The notes under the pieces are model-generated. The model had not been told where the DNA came from. It did not search any database and saw only the letters and a program-made list of their open reading frames with translations. The position numbers and the translations under genes are program-made. From Bacteroidales bacterium (lineage in GTDB: Bacteria > Bacteroidota > Bacteroidia > Bacteroidales > UBA12077): a stretch of 57,319 bases of DNA. Below are positions 48,901-57,319 of the stretch, piece after piece. Where the stretch lies: assembly GCA_041686115.1 (NCBI GenBank), contig JAWLEM010000001.1:1-57319 (forward strand), in the 5' to 3' direction. The stretch's first letter is position 1, and every line of letters begins with the position of its first letter.

Positions 48901-50821
48901 ATGTAACGGATTGGGATTTGAATTGACTTGCGACCCCGAAAAACTGGTTTCTAATACCGATCTGGCGCTAAAAAAAGGAGCTATGAATGGAAGCAAAACC
49001 GGGAAATTTTATGGAGACCCGTTTGGGCAGTATATGGCAATTTTAACTGCTGTTGGCGATAATTATGGCATTGATTATTCTCAATCGTGGAAATATCTAA
49101 GTGATAAAGCAAAAACGATCGCTTTATATGGAACCGGCGAAAAAGAATACGACATAGACTGGAAATATAAACGCAAAAACAGAGAAGGAGTGCATCGATT
49201 TAAAAGCAAATGGCTGGGATTGATTCATTATATAAACGATGAATACATAAGGAAGCACGACAGGAAGGGTGGCGCTGATGTGGCAGCCTTAATGAAAGAA
49301 GTAAAATGCAGTAAATGCAATGGTGCAAGACTCAATCAAGAAACATTGAAATATAAAGTTGCAGGGAAAAATATTGCCGATGTATCTGCATTGGAAACCA
49401 CTAAAGCGCATCAATTTTTTAAAGAGTTAAACACCAGTTTATCAGAATCGGAACAGTCGATTAGTAAAGAAATCGTGCGTTCGTGCAAAGAAAAGTTAAA
49501 TGCCATGATTAAAATCGGGTTGGGATATTTGAGTATTGACCGAGGCACCATGACTTTATCAGGGGGAGAAAGCAGGCGTTTAAGACTGGTATCACAAATT
49601 GGGGGAGCGTTAACCGGCATTACTTACGTTCTGGATGAACCCACCGTGGGCCTACATTCGAAAGATACTCAGCATTTAATTAAATTATTACACCAATTGG
49701 CCCAACACAATACCGTAGTTGTGGTTGAACATGATGAGGAGGTCATTAAATCGGCACATCATATCATCGAACTGGGCCCTAAAGCAGGCGGCCAGGGTGG
49801 TGAAATGATGGTACAATGCGATTTGAAAAACTTTTTACAAAACGAAAAATCATTAACATCCAAATATCTAAAACAAGATTACTTATCTGATATTCAGAGA
49901 AAAAATATAGTGTTAACCTTTGGTTTAACCATTCAAGGTGCCCATGCACATAATCTTAAAAACATTGACCTGGAATTGCCTGTAAACGGCATAACTGTTT
50001 TTTCAGGTGTTTCAGGGAGTGGTAAATCCAGCCTTTTATTCGATGTTATTGCCCGTTCGGCCAAAGAAGAAAAAGCTGTCAATTGCAAAAAAATTAAAGG
50101 ATTTGAACAGATTGATTCGATCATTAAAATGGACCAGGCACCGATCGGAAAAAATCCCTTAAGTACTCCGGCAACCTTTCTTGGTATTTATGAGCAGATA
50201 AGAGAATTATTGGCAAATACCGCACAAGCCAAAAAACATAAACTAAAAAAATCACACTTTTCGTATAACACCAAAGGCGGAAGGTGTGAAACCTGTAAAG
50301 GACAAGGGCAAACAAAAATTTCCATGGATTTCCTTTCGGATGTTTGGGTTACCTGTCCTGCATGCGAGGGGAAAAGATTTACAGATGATATTTTGAAAGT
50401 AAAATGGAACGGATATACCATTTCCGATATTCTGAAATCAACAATTCAGAAAGCGTCAGAGATTTTTATTTCTGATCAAAAACTAAGAAGCTCGTTTAAA
50501 CTATTAGGCGATTTGGGTTTAAGCCATTTAAAGCTGGGGCAATCTGCAACAACACTTTCGGGAGGCGAAGCCCAACGATTAAAGCTGGCCAAAGAGTTAT
50601 TGAAAAAAAGCAAAGAAAAATGTTTGTATCTGCTTGATGAACCCACAACCGGGCTCCACTTTTATGACATTGAAAAATTGCTGAAAGTATTATTCAATTT
50701 GCGGGATCAGGGTCATGCCATTTATATTATTGAGCATCATCCGTGGTTTTATAAGATTGCTGATTATTTAGTTGAATTAGGCCCGGTGGGTGGAGATTAT
50801 GGAGGATATTTAATAAAATAG
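45998..50821 (+). CDS. Tandem-duplicated UvrA-like ABC ATPase (two class-II-like UvrA units in one polypeptide)
   Basis: There are four Walker A motifs (GVSGSGKSS at about 46087, 48566 and 50006; GVSGAGKST at about 47529). There are four signature and Walker B pairs (LSGGE[AS][QR]R...LDEP[ST]xGLH at about 47075, 48099, 49565 and 50555). CxxC zinc modules occur in each unit. The track start at 45956 is TTG, and the ATG at 45998 gives the canonical MQHIQIEKASEHNLK... N-terminus. Confidence 0.9.
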   Translation: MQHIQIEKASEHNLKDISLKIPHHQITCITGVSGSGKSSLVYDIICKESQRRYFESYSSYARQFLGKMSRPDVERIEGLMPAISVDQKTVSRNPRSTVGTMSEIYDYLRLLFARLGEKSNQFPEIKLTRSLFSFNSPDGYCSHCKGLGVEDQIDPELLIKDENKSLRQGALKITTPSGYTIYSQVTIDVLDQVCRSEGFHVDIPWKDLTDKQKDIILNGSSKIKIPFGKHTLESRMKWSGITAKPREEGYYKGILPIMENILRVDRNPNILRFAKTVKCKQCNGKRLNQKALSVTINHQNITDFASLPVSQLKTTFENIEFSGSKHEVFDSIKNKIIERCHIFEELGLNYLTLMRESTTLSGGEAQRIRLATQIGNGLRGILYILDEPSIGLHPRDNERMIKIMKQLRNQGNTVLVVEHDKETMLNADRIIDIGPKAGKDGGEILFNTEIEKIDNIEYAESETLKFLRKIPEDLGISKNLSALWLKIKGAKWHNLKNIDVDFRLHALNVVTGVSGAGKSTLVFDILGKYYEKKLKNEPLKNFRAKDILEDTAIQKIIEIDQSPIGRTPRSNPATYTKLFDFIRKLFAQLPESRKNGWKQGHFSFNTKGGRCENCEGAGTIQTGMHFLANIETTCESCLGKRYDEKTLNVKYKGKNISEILEMEISDAAIFFKDEPLIDHYLNVMNDLGLGYLSLGQSATTLSGGEAQRLKLATELVKPTKNHTLYIFDEPTTGLHAYDVSILLKALQNLTKKGHTVIVIEHDNEIIRFADHIVDLGPEGGASGGEVIFSGSYKDLLNCKKSYTAQALIESKSPKKPEGKNDLEQIINNPIVFKGVRTHNLKGIDVKIPRNKLTVITGVSGSGKSSLAFDTLFAEGQFRFTESFSAYARSLIQQKARPDFIESAGLTPTIAVNQQSITRNPRATVGTLTGLYDLYRLLFSRISRDTKGNQCTLLSNHFSFNHHAGACPVCNGLGFELTCDPEKLVSNTDLALKKGAMNGSKTGKFYGDPFGQYMAILTAVGDNYGIDYSQSWKYLSDKAKTIALYGTGEKEYDIDWKYKRKNREGVHRFKSKWLGLIHYINDEYIRKHDRKGGADVAALMKEVKCSKCNGARLNQETLKYKVAGKNIADVSALETTKAHQFFKELNTSLSESEQSISKEIVRSCKEKLNAMIKIGLGYLSIDRGTMTLSGGESRRLRLVSQIGGALTGITYVLDEPTVGLHSKDTQHLIKLLHQLAQHNTVVVVEHDEEVIKSAHHIIELGPKAGGQGGEMMVQCDLKNFLQNEKSLTSKYLKQDYLSDIQRKNIVLTFGLTIQGAHAHNLKNIDLELPVNGITVFSGVSGSGKSSLLFDVIARSAKEEKAVNCKKIKGFEQIDSIIKMDQAPIGKNPLSTPATFLGIYEQIRELLANTAQAKKHKLKKSHFSYNTKGGRCETCKGQGQTKISMDFLSDVWVTCPACEGKRFTDDILKVKWNGYTISDILKSTIQKASEIFISDQKLRSSFKLLGDLGLSHLKLGQSATTLSGGEAQRLKLAKELLKKSKEKCLYLLDEPTTGLHFYDIEKLLKVLFNLRDQGHAIYIIEHHPWFYKIADYLVELGPVGGDYGGYLIK

Positions 50822-50868
50822 GTGCTTCAGAATTGTTTTTGAACAAAAAAATAGCCAGGCAAAAAAAC

Positions 50869-51243
50869 CTACAAATCTCCCTGTTCCTTAAAATAGGTTC
50901 GTATTAACACTTTTTTTAATTCCCGTTCAAGGATTTTGTGTGTAATAATTTCAGGTACTGTTTCAAAACTTTGGTTTGGTTCGGGTTTTACCAGTTCTTT
51001 TTGGCTAACATCAATCTGATAAAGCAACGACATTAGTTTTTCGTAATTATCGTTTAAAAGCTTCTCGATATAAACTTTTAGTTGAACAAACAATTCATCG
51101 TAAGCAAGGCTGACATTTCCCGAGAAAACCACATCCATTCCAAACATGGCAAAATCCTTACGAACCTGCTCGGCGGTAAGCAGAACAAATTTTTCTTCTT
51201 GTTTCGATCGCTCCAGTTGACTTTGGCTAATCAGTTGCCCCAT
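50869..51243 (-). CDS. Hypothetical small cytoplasmic protein
   Basis: 124-aa intact ORF. Its ATG overlaps the upstream DUF4837 gene by 17 nt, which suggests translational coupling. No recognised domain. Confidence 0.6.
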   Translation of the reverse strand: MGQLISQSQLERSKQEEKFVLLTAEQVRKDFAMFGMDVVFSGNVSLAYDELFVQLKVYIEKLLNDNYEKLMSLLYQIDVSQKELVKPEPNQSFETVPEIITHKILERELKKVLIRTYFKEQGDL

Positions 51244-52237
51244 TATCCTTTTTCTTAGGTTTTTTCAGTGTATGAAGTATCGCCTCCAATTGCCTTAAAT
51301 AATCTCGTTTATCAAACTGGGGAGCAAAAACAAAACCATCAAAATTTACCACCTGGTTTGTTTCCTTGTTTATGGATGAAAAGCTAACAAAAGGGCCTCC
51401 CATAAAGTCATTTTTCACATACCATAATCCGCGTGTTTCAATAATATCCAATCCATTTACTTCAATTTCTCTTCTTATGAAATCGGCATCTTTTTCAACA
51501 GCCATGTGGGAATTTCTGCTTGGTCCGGGTACAAATCGTTTGGTAAACTGATCTCTTTTAGCAAAAATTAATCCTGCTGAAAGGCCAATTTCGGGTACCG
51601 GATAGGAATAAACAAGCAAGCCCTGTATCAGGTCTCCATGGCCGCGACTTTCTATCCAAACAAAATCAGTAGTATCAACATCTAATGAATATCCTTTAGG
51701 AATTGTTAACCGAAAACCAAATTTTTGCTCTAAACGGTCACCAATAACTATTTCTTCAAATTTTTTGTACCCCCTGGCATAACGTTCCATCTCTTTGGCC
51801 AATATCTTGTCAACAATAACATCGCCTTGTTCTATAACCAATTTTAACAAACCCTCTTTATCGGGTGCAACAACATTTATAATCATTTGGGGTTTAGCCC
51901 AAATATCTTTCTGAATAACAACTTTTGATTCATCTAAATTTTTATCAATTCTTACGGATACAATTGTACGGTGTGTTCTGAAAATACTTGAAAATGCGCT
52001 ATGTGGAATATGGGCAAGGTCAAACATAGGTTCTTCCTGTGGAAGTGCCGGGCATGGTGCAAGAAAAATTTTCTTAAACTCATGTCCAATTTCTGAATCC
52101 CAAAAATCGGCATCAATTACCAAAACCACCTCACCTGCCCTGCCTGTTACATTAGGTAGCGATTTAGATGCATCTTTATCTTTACATGATCCTAAAATAA
52201 TTGTTAATGACAGAATGGTAACTACTAATTTTTTCAT
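51227..52237 (-). CDS. DUF4837 family lipoprotein
   Basis: Lipobox ILGSC. GRAGEVVLVIDADFWDSEIGHEFKKIF and LPQEEPMFDL resemble the Bacteroidota-specific DUF4837 family as I remember it. Confidence 0.7.
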   Translation of the reverse strand: MKKLVVTILSLTIILGSCKDKDASKSLPNVTGRAGEVVLVIDADFWDSEIGHEFKKIFLAPCPALPQEEPMFDLAHIPHSAFSSIFRTHRTIVSVRIDKNLDESKVVIQKDIWAKPQMIINVVAPDKEGLLKLVIEQGDVIVDKILAKEMERYARGYKKFEEIVIGDRLEQKFGFRLTIPKGYSLDVDTTDFVWIESRGHGDLIQGLLVYSYPVPEIGLSAGLIFAKRDQFTKRFVPGPSRNSHMAVEKDADFIRREIEVNGLDIIETRGLWYVKNDFMGGPFVSFSSINKETNQVVNFDGFVFAPQFDKRDYLRQLEAILHTLKKPKKKDNGATD

Positions 52238-52254
52238 GATAACTGATTTTCAGG

Positions 52255-53667
52255 TTAATTATTCAGGTATATTTTTAATTTTAATCCAGGCTTTAAATCT
52301 TTTTCATTATTAATCTGGTTCTCTTCTTTTAATTCGGAAATAGACCTGCAATTAAATTTTTCCGCAATACTCCAGACTGTATCACCTTCTCTTACAATAT
52401 AATAAATATAACGATCGGTTGAATCTCTTTGTTGTTTTGGCAGCAGCTTTTCTTCATCAATACTTCGGGCAAGAATTGGGTCGACCCAAATGTCAATACG
52501 CTGTCCAACATTTAAATCATTAGATGGCAAACTATTCCAAATTTTAATATCATCAATAGTACAGTTATATTTAATGGCAATTTTATGAAAATATTCGCCT
52601 TTTTCCACCTCATGCACAATTTTTACTTTCCCGTTAGTTTCTCCTGCCTCCGCAACATCTTCTTTAATCTCTCTGGTTTTATTGTTTTTATCAAGAATCG
52701 CCTTTTCATTTTTCAAAAAGGTTCTGATCTTATTAACCGGCAATACAACAGTTGCACCCTCTTTTAATTTAGGTATATAATCCAATTTATATGCCGGATT
52801 CAGGTATTGAAGGGTTTCTACCGGCAAGTCAATAAATTCAGAAATTCGTTTAAAAGATATTTCCTCATTAATTTTTACTGTATCAATATCGAGATGTATA
52901 AATTGTGACCGGACAGGTTCAATATTATGGTCGGTGTAATGATTCATTACATAATTCACGGCAATAAATGCGGGGACATATCCATTGGTTTGATCGGGTA
53001 AATAAGGTTGTATTTCCCAAAAGTTTGTTTTTCCTCCCGATCGTATAATCGCATTACGAACAACTCCCGGGCCACCGTTATAAGCTGCAAGGGCAAGTTG
53101 CCAGTCGTTATAAATTCGGTATAAATATTGAAGATATGCACAAGCAGCTTCGGTTGATTTATAAGGGTCGCATCGTTCATCAATATATGAGTTTATTTCC
53201 AAATCGAACATTGTGCTGGTGTTAATTTTAAATTGCCATAAACCCACTGCGGCAGAAGATGATACAGCTCTTGGATCCAAAGCGGATTCAACAATAGCAA
53301 GATATTTCAATTCCAATGGTAAGTTGTATTTATCAAGCATTTCCTCAAAAAGTGGGAAATACAATTCTGCCAGTCCTATTATTTTTGATAAATGCTCTCG
53401 CCGTTCAATGGTATATACATCAATATATCGGCGAACACGCTCGTTATATTCAAGCTCTATGGGAGTAAGATTATTCAGTTCAGCAATTTTATATTCATAA
53501 ACCAGATCAGGAAAAATTGGAATCGAATCTTTCTTTCGTTTTTTATTTCCGGGGTTTTCTTCCTCTACAAATCTTCCACTTACATCAGCTCCTGCATATA
53601 AACTAAAATCTGCTATGAAAAATATTACAAAGCAAGCAGTTATTAATATTCGAACAAATCTACCCAT
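52255..53667 (-). CDS. Lytic transglycosylase (SLT domain) with two C-terminal LysM domains (MltD-like)
   Basis: SLT catalytic motif AIVESALDPRAVSSSAAVGLWQF plus AAYNGGPG. Two LysM repeats are present (HEVEKGEYFHKIAIKY... and YIVREGDTVWSIAEKF...). Confidence 0.88.
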   Translation of the reverse strand: MGRFVRILITACFVIFFIADFSLYAGADVSGRFVEEENPGNKKRKKDSIPIFPDLVYEYKIAELNNLTPIELEYNERVRRYIDVYTIERREHLSKIIGLAELYFPLFEEMLDKYNLPLELKYLAIVESALDPRAVSSSAAVGLWQFKINTSTMFDLEINSYIDERCDPYKSTEAACAYLQYLYRIYNDWQLALAAYNGGPGVVRNAIIRSGGKTNFWEIQPYLPDQTNGYVPAFIAVNYVMNHYTDHNIEPVRSQFIHLDIDTVKINEEISFKRISEFIDLPVETLQYLNPAYKLDYIPKLKEGATVVLPVNKIRTFLKNEKAILDKNNKTREIKEDVAEAGETNGKVKIVHEVEKGEYFHKIAIKYNCTIDDIKIWNSLPSNDLNVGQRIDIWVDPILARSIDEEKLLPKQQRDSTDRYIYYIVREGDTVWSIAEKFNCRSISELKEENQINNEKDLKPGLKLKIYLNN

Positions 53668-53733
53668 AGTTATTAAAAATTCACACTTTAAATCTTAACG
53701 ATAATAAACATAATTAATTGGTAAAAATAATAT

Positions 53734-55140
53734 TTATTCAATTTTATTCATTATATAATTAGAAAAAGCAAAAAGTTTTTTTTCGTCGAATTTTCGAGCA
53801 GTAACCTGGATGCCAAATGGCAAGTTTAACCTATGCTTACCTAAAGGCAATGAAATTGCCGGATTACCGGTTAAGTTAGCATGCATCAGATAAATATCTT
53901 CAAGAAACATTTTCTCCGGATTGTCACTTCTTTCTCCAAACTTAAAAGCTATATCTGGTGTTGTAGGACTTATAATGAAATCGTACTCTTTAAAAATTTT
54001 ATCAGATTCTTGTTTTATCATCTGCCGCACTTTTAATGCTTTTTTATAATGATATCCATTTTTCTCTCTTAAAACATACGAGCCGGCCAGAATTCTTAGT
54101 TTTACTTCTTTACCAAACCCTTCGGAGCGGCTTTTGGTTAACAATTCATCGTAGGTATCTTTATTTTTTGCCCGGTATCCGTATTTCAAACCATCATATC
54201 TTGCCAGGTTAGACATCGCTTCGGCAGGAGCCAGCACATGAAATGCCGGAACAATATATTGAAGGAGAGGAAAAGAAATTTCATGAATTTGTATGGGTAT
54301 TTTTTTTAATGATTGAATGAATTGCAATACCCTGTTTTTAATTTCAGCGTTGAGTTCAGGGTAGTCCAGGCTTTCTTTAAAAACAGCAACTTTAATTTTG
54401 GTGGTATCAATCGAAAAATCATGATAATCAGGACAAATTTCAGGATTTAAAGTCATGTCTTTTTCATCGGGCCCGGCAATGACTTCTATTATTTTAGCAT
54501 TGTCGTTTATGTTTTTGGTCAAAATCCCGATCTGATCAAAAGATGAAGCATAAGCAATTAATCCCCAACGCGATACTAACCCATAAGTAGGCTTTAACCC
54601 TACCAACCCACAAAAAGAAGCAGGCTGTCTTACCGAGCCGCCAGTATCGGAGCCCAGGGCTGCTAAACAACAATTGGCAGCCACTGCGGCAGCAGAACCG
54701 GACGAAGAACCTCCCGGAACCCTTGAATTGTCAATAGGATTTAATGTTTTGCCAAATGCAGATTTTTCGCCGCTGCTACCCATGGCAAATTCATCGCAAT
54801 TCGTACGGCCAATTATTATGGCATCCTCTTTAATTAAACGCTCAACTGCTGTTGCACTGTAAGGTGATTCATAGTTTTCCAACATCTTTGATGCTGCCGA
54901 CACCTTATGGTTTTCATAACAAATGGTATCTTTAATGGCTATTACTAACCCGGCAAGTTTCCCTTTGTTTTTCTTCTGGTCAATCTTCTTTGCCCTGTTT
55001 ATTGCTTCATCAGCAAAAACTTCGATAAAAGCATTTAAATGTTTTTGCTGGCCAATATTTTTTAAATAATATTCTACTACCTGGACAACGCTTAATTCGC
55101 CAGTTTCTAATTTTCTTTGTATTTCATATAATTCTGTCAT
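53734..55140 (-). CDS. gatA: Glutamyl-tRNA(Gln)/aspartyl-tRNA(Asn) amidotransferase subunit A
   Basis: Amidase signature GGSSSGSAAAVA and GSDTGGSVRQPA. 468 aa. Confidence 0.9.
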   Translation of the reverse strand: MTELYEIQRKLETGELSVVQVVEYYLKNIGQQKHLNAFIEVFADEAINRAKKIDQKKNKGKLAGLVIAIKDTICYENHKVSAASKMLENYESPYSATAVERLIKEDAIIIGRTNCDEFAMGSSGEKSAFGKTLNPIDNSRVPGGSSSGSAAAVAANCCLAALGSDTGGSVRQPASFCGLVGLKPTYGLVSRWGLIAYASSFDQIGILTKNINDNAKIIEVIAGPDEKDMTLNPEICPDYHDFSIDTTKIKVAVFKESLDYPELNAEIKNRVLQFIQSLKKIPIQIHEISFPLLQYIVPAFHVLAPAEAMSNLARYDGLKYGYRAKNKDTYDELLTKSRSEGFGKEVKLRILAGSYVLREKNGYHYKKALKVRQMIKQESDKIFKEYDFIISPTTPDIAFKFGERSDNPEKMFLEDIYLMHANLTGNPAISLPLGKHRLNLPFGIQVTARKFDEKKLFAFSNYIMNKIE

Positions 55141-55180
55141 AAAAAAACCTGCCCCATTCGTTAAAAAGAAAAAGGCAGGT
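55141..55180 (-). terminator. Possible terminator-like hairpin after tatA
   Basis: On the minus strand: ACCTGCC, a 19-nt loop, GGCAGGT, then TTTTTTT. The large loop and the position directly abutting the gatA start make it doubtful. Confidence 0.3.
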
Positions 55181-55244
55181 ATTAAATACTAACTTATTTA
55201 AAATTAAATGCTAATATGCAATTCATTCATTCAAAAATCGATTA

Positions 55245-55448
55245 CTATGATGATTTATTTTCAGATTTGTTTTCATCATCATTATTATCGTCGTCCTTAG
55301 TGGCTTTTTTAAACTCTTTCATTCCCTGTCCAAGGCCTTTCATTAATTCAGGTATTTTTCGTCCACCAAAAATAAGAAGCACAACAAGAACGATTAAAAT
55401 GATCTCCCATGGCCCGGGCATTCCTAAAATAATTGATGATAGTAGCAT
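55245..55448 (-). CDS. tatA: Twin-arginine translocase subunit TatA/E
   Basis: A single TM helix followed by an amphipathic helix ([36 protein letters not shown]) and an acidic tail. The start could instead be the internal M at 55421. Confidence 0.88.
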   Translation of the reverse strand: MLLSSIILGMPGPWEIILIVLVVLLIFGGRKIPELMKGLGQGMKEFKKATKDDDNNDDENKSENKSS

Positions 55449-55490
55449 ATGCTTCCGTTTTTAAGTTTATTCAAAATTAAGCAATTTTTA

Positions 55491-56816
55491 TCATTTATTT
55501 AAAATATGCCTAAAAATATCATTCCCATTTGCATAAAGTAGCAATGTAAGTAAAAGTATCATCCCTGTAATTTGTGCATATTCCATAAATTTATCGCTGG
55601 GTTTCCGGCCGGTTATCATTTCATAAAGCAAAAACATCACATGACCGCCATCCAATGCAGGAATAGGTAATACATTCATAATAGCCAGAATAATAGACAA
55701 AAACGCTGTTAGATTCCAAAATGCCTGCCAATTCCATGTTCCGGGAAATATTTTACCGATGGTAATAAATCCGCCTAAAGATTTATATGCTTCGGTTTTT
55801 GGCGAGAAGATAAGTCTAAGCTGTTTCAGGTAGCTCCCAAATGTTTCAACTCCTTTATTGATCCCTGCAGGAATTGAACTTATTAAATCATATTCTTTGC
55901 TCTCAAGCTCAAAAAAACGGGTTAAATTAAAATCAGGCGCGACTCCAATTAATCCCTCATCAGGAACAGTAACCTGAACATTTACGGTATCTTTATCCCG
56001 TAAGGCAGAAATAGTAACTTCCTGATTTTTATAATTTCCCAGGGTGCTTTTAAACTCATCGAAAAACTCAACCGGCTGGTTGTTGATCGCAATTAGTTTA
56101 TCGTCGACTTTTAGTCCGGCTTTTTTGGCCGGCGAATCTTTAGTAAAACCTGCCACATAAAATGGCACCCTTGGCACAATAAAATCTGTGCTGTTTAATA
56201 ATTTCGGAATTATTCTGTCGGGCACAGGAATTTCTCGCCGGCTGCCTTCGCGTTCTATTTGGATGGTTTCTACTTCATCCATTACGATATTAGGCAGGAT
56301 TTTATAAAAATCTTCAACAGGTTCATTATCAAGTGCAAGAATTTTATCTCCGTTTTCTAAGCCAATATCTTTAGCCAGCGTATCGACCATTATTCCATAT
56401 TTCACATTTTGGGTTGGTAAATATTGATCGCCCCATGTAAAAAGAATGGCTGAGTAAATAATCAACGCCAGAACAAAGTTAACCAAAACACCACCAAGCA
56501 TAATAAGCAATCTCTGCCACGATGGCTTTGAACGAAATTCGTGCGGTTGCGCTGGTTGTTTCATTTGTTCTTTATCCATCGACTCATCTATCATGCCCGA
56601 AATTTTTACATAGCCGCCTAAAGGTAACCATCCTAGGCCATATTCGGTTTCACCAATTTTCTTTTTAAAAATCGAAAACCATGGATTAAAAAATAAATAA
56701 AATTTCTCAACCCGTGTTTTAAATAATTTGGCAAATAAAAAGTGTCCAAACTCGTGTAAAATTACCAGTATGGATATACTTAATAAGAATTGTCCTGTTT
56801 TAACTAAAATTTCCAT
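55491..56816 (-). CDS. rseP: RIP metalloprotease RseP (site-2 protease, M50)
   Basis: HEFGH zinc motif in the first TM segment, PDZ segments, and a C-terminal NVLPIPALDGGH motif. The conserved dxr-rseP synteny supports the call. Confidence 0.92.
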   Translation of the reverse strand: MEILVKTGQFLLSISILVILHEFGHFLFAKLFKTRVEKFYLFFNPWFSIFKKKIGETEYGLGWLPLGGYVKISGMIDESMDKEQMKQPAQPHEFRSKPSWQRLLIMLGGVLVNFVLALIIYSAILFTWGDQYLPTQNVKYGIMVDTLAKDIGLENGDKILALDNEPVEDFYKILPNIVMDEVETIQIEREGSRREIPVPDRIIPKLLNSTDFIVPRVPFYVAGFTKDSPAKKAGLKVDDKLIAINNQPVEFFDEFKSTLGNYKNQEVTISALRDKDTVNVQVTVPDEGLIGVAPDFNLTRFFELESKEYDLISSIPAGINKGVETFGSYLKQLRLIFSPKTEAYKSLGGFITIGKIFPGTWNWQAFWNLTAFLSIILAIMNVLPIPALDGGHVMFLLYEMITGRKPSDKFMEYAQITGMILLLTLLLYANGNDIFRHILNK

Positions 56817-56844
56817 CTATCTTCTTCCTTTACAAATAAAAAAT

Positions 56845-57319
56845 TTATACTAATGATTTTGAATACGCTCTTGTTTCCCTGTCTGTATTAATTAACTGCT
56901 CCAGGTCGGGATGTTTTATATAATGTATTTTACTCATTGATTTTTCAATGATATCTGTCATCTGGCAAAAACCAACCTTATCGTGCAGAAATGCTTCGAC
57001 AGCTATTTCATTGGCCGCATTTACTATGCATGGCATATTTCCACACTTATCCATTGCATCAAGCGCCAAAGAAAGGTTTTTAAAATTTTTCATATCCGGC
57101 TTTTCAAAGGTCAACTCCGGATAATCCCAAAAGCTAAATCTTGGAAAATCATTTTTTACCCTTTCCGGAAATCCCAGTGCATATAATATGGGCAATTTCA
57201 TGTCGGGTAATCCCATTTGTGCTTTTATTGATCCATCTTCAAATTGCACTGCCGAATGAATAATTGATTGTGGGTGAACCACCACTTCAATCTGATTTGG
57301 ATTTAGTCCGAACAACCAT
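56845..57319 (-). CDS. dxr: 1-deoxy-D-xylulose-5-phosphate reductoisomerase, C-terminal part (5' end beyond the window)
   Basis: VVVHPQSIIHSAVQFEDGSIKAQMGLPDMKLPILYAL matches the conserved Dxr C-terminal domain. The reading frame stays open to the window edge. Confidence 0.9.
   Translation of the reverse strand, partial: WLFGLNPNQIEVVVHPQSIIHSAVQFEDGSIKAQMGLPDMKLPILYALGFPERVKNDFPRFSFWDYPELTFEKPDMKNFKNLSLALDAMDKCGNMPCIVNAANEIAVEAFLHDKVGFCQMTDIIEKSMSKIHYIKHPDLEQLINTDRETRAYSKSLV

Noticed and set aside
55216-55464. 82-aa plus-strand ORF overlapping the tatA locus
   Set aside because: The minus-strand 67-aa product has an unmistakable TatA architecture (TM helix, FGGRKIPE hinge, amphipathic helix). 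The plus-strand product is Ser/Leu-rich and looks non-coding.
1-57319. Search for a mobile element, defence island, tRNA/rRNA genes or a CRISPR array
   Set aside because: I recognised no integrase, transposase, recombinase, restriction-modification, toxin-antitoxin or Cas-like motifs. I saw no tRNA-like T-arm or acceptor patterns in the intergenic regions and no arrays of identical repeats. Gene content and synteny (fabZ-lpxA, sufBCDSE, dxr-rseP) indicate core chromosome. The UvrA-like ATPase was considered as a defence ATPase, but it has no adjacent nuclease or effector.

Overview
This is a visibly AT-rich chromosomal segment that looks like Bacteroidota. The evidence is an LpxC-FabZ fusion, the type IX secretion (T9SS) translocon SprA, a cargo protein with a T9SS C-terminal sorting domain, DUF3078/DUF4837-type genes and TAnnTTTG promoter boxes. 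About 43 tightly packed CDS are supported, and almost all are core housekeeping genes. They include lipid A genes (lpxC-fabZ, lpxA), thiL, a complete SUF Fe-S operon (sufBCDSE plus DUF59), queG, gcvH, ruvA, malic enzyme, pdxA, pepA and an MqnC-like radical SAM enzyme. They also include an AbgT transporter, gatA, tatA, rseP and a partial dxr. I found no rRNA, tRNA, CRISPR array, transposase, integrase or other mobile-element hallmark, so this does not look like an accessory island. I see no clear-cut multi-gene novel system. Four items are the most unusual. (1) A 1,607-aa UvrA paralogue made of two complete UvrA-like units fused in tandem (four ABC ATPase modules), each apparently lacking the UvrB-binding insert. 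(2) A regulatory and transport neighbourhood at 14.4-23.8 kb. It holds a sensor kinase with about 21 propeller blades, a LytTR response regulator, a LytTR paralogue without a receiver core, and a secreted protein. These lie divergent from a SusD-less TonB-dependent receptor plus a DUF2271-like periplasmic protein that carries an ApbE-type flavinylation motif, with no ApbE or PepSY partner in the window. (3) Two ORF-free intergenic regions with structured RNA-like elements, at 9.66-9.74 kb and 10.56-10.94 kb. (4) A multidomain T9SS-secreted S1 protease. The ORF track takes the longest ATG/GTG/TTG extension, so I corrected several N-termini. All family assignments come from motif recognition by eye and no searches were run.
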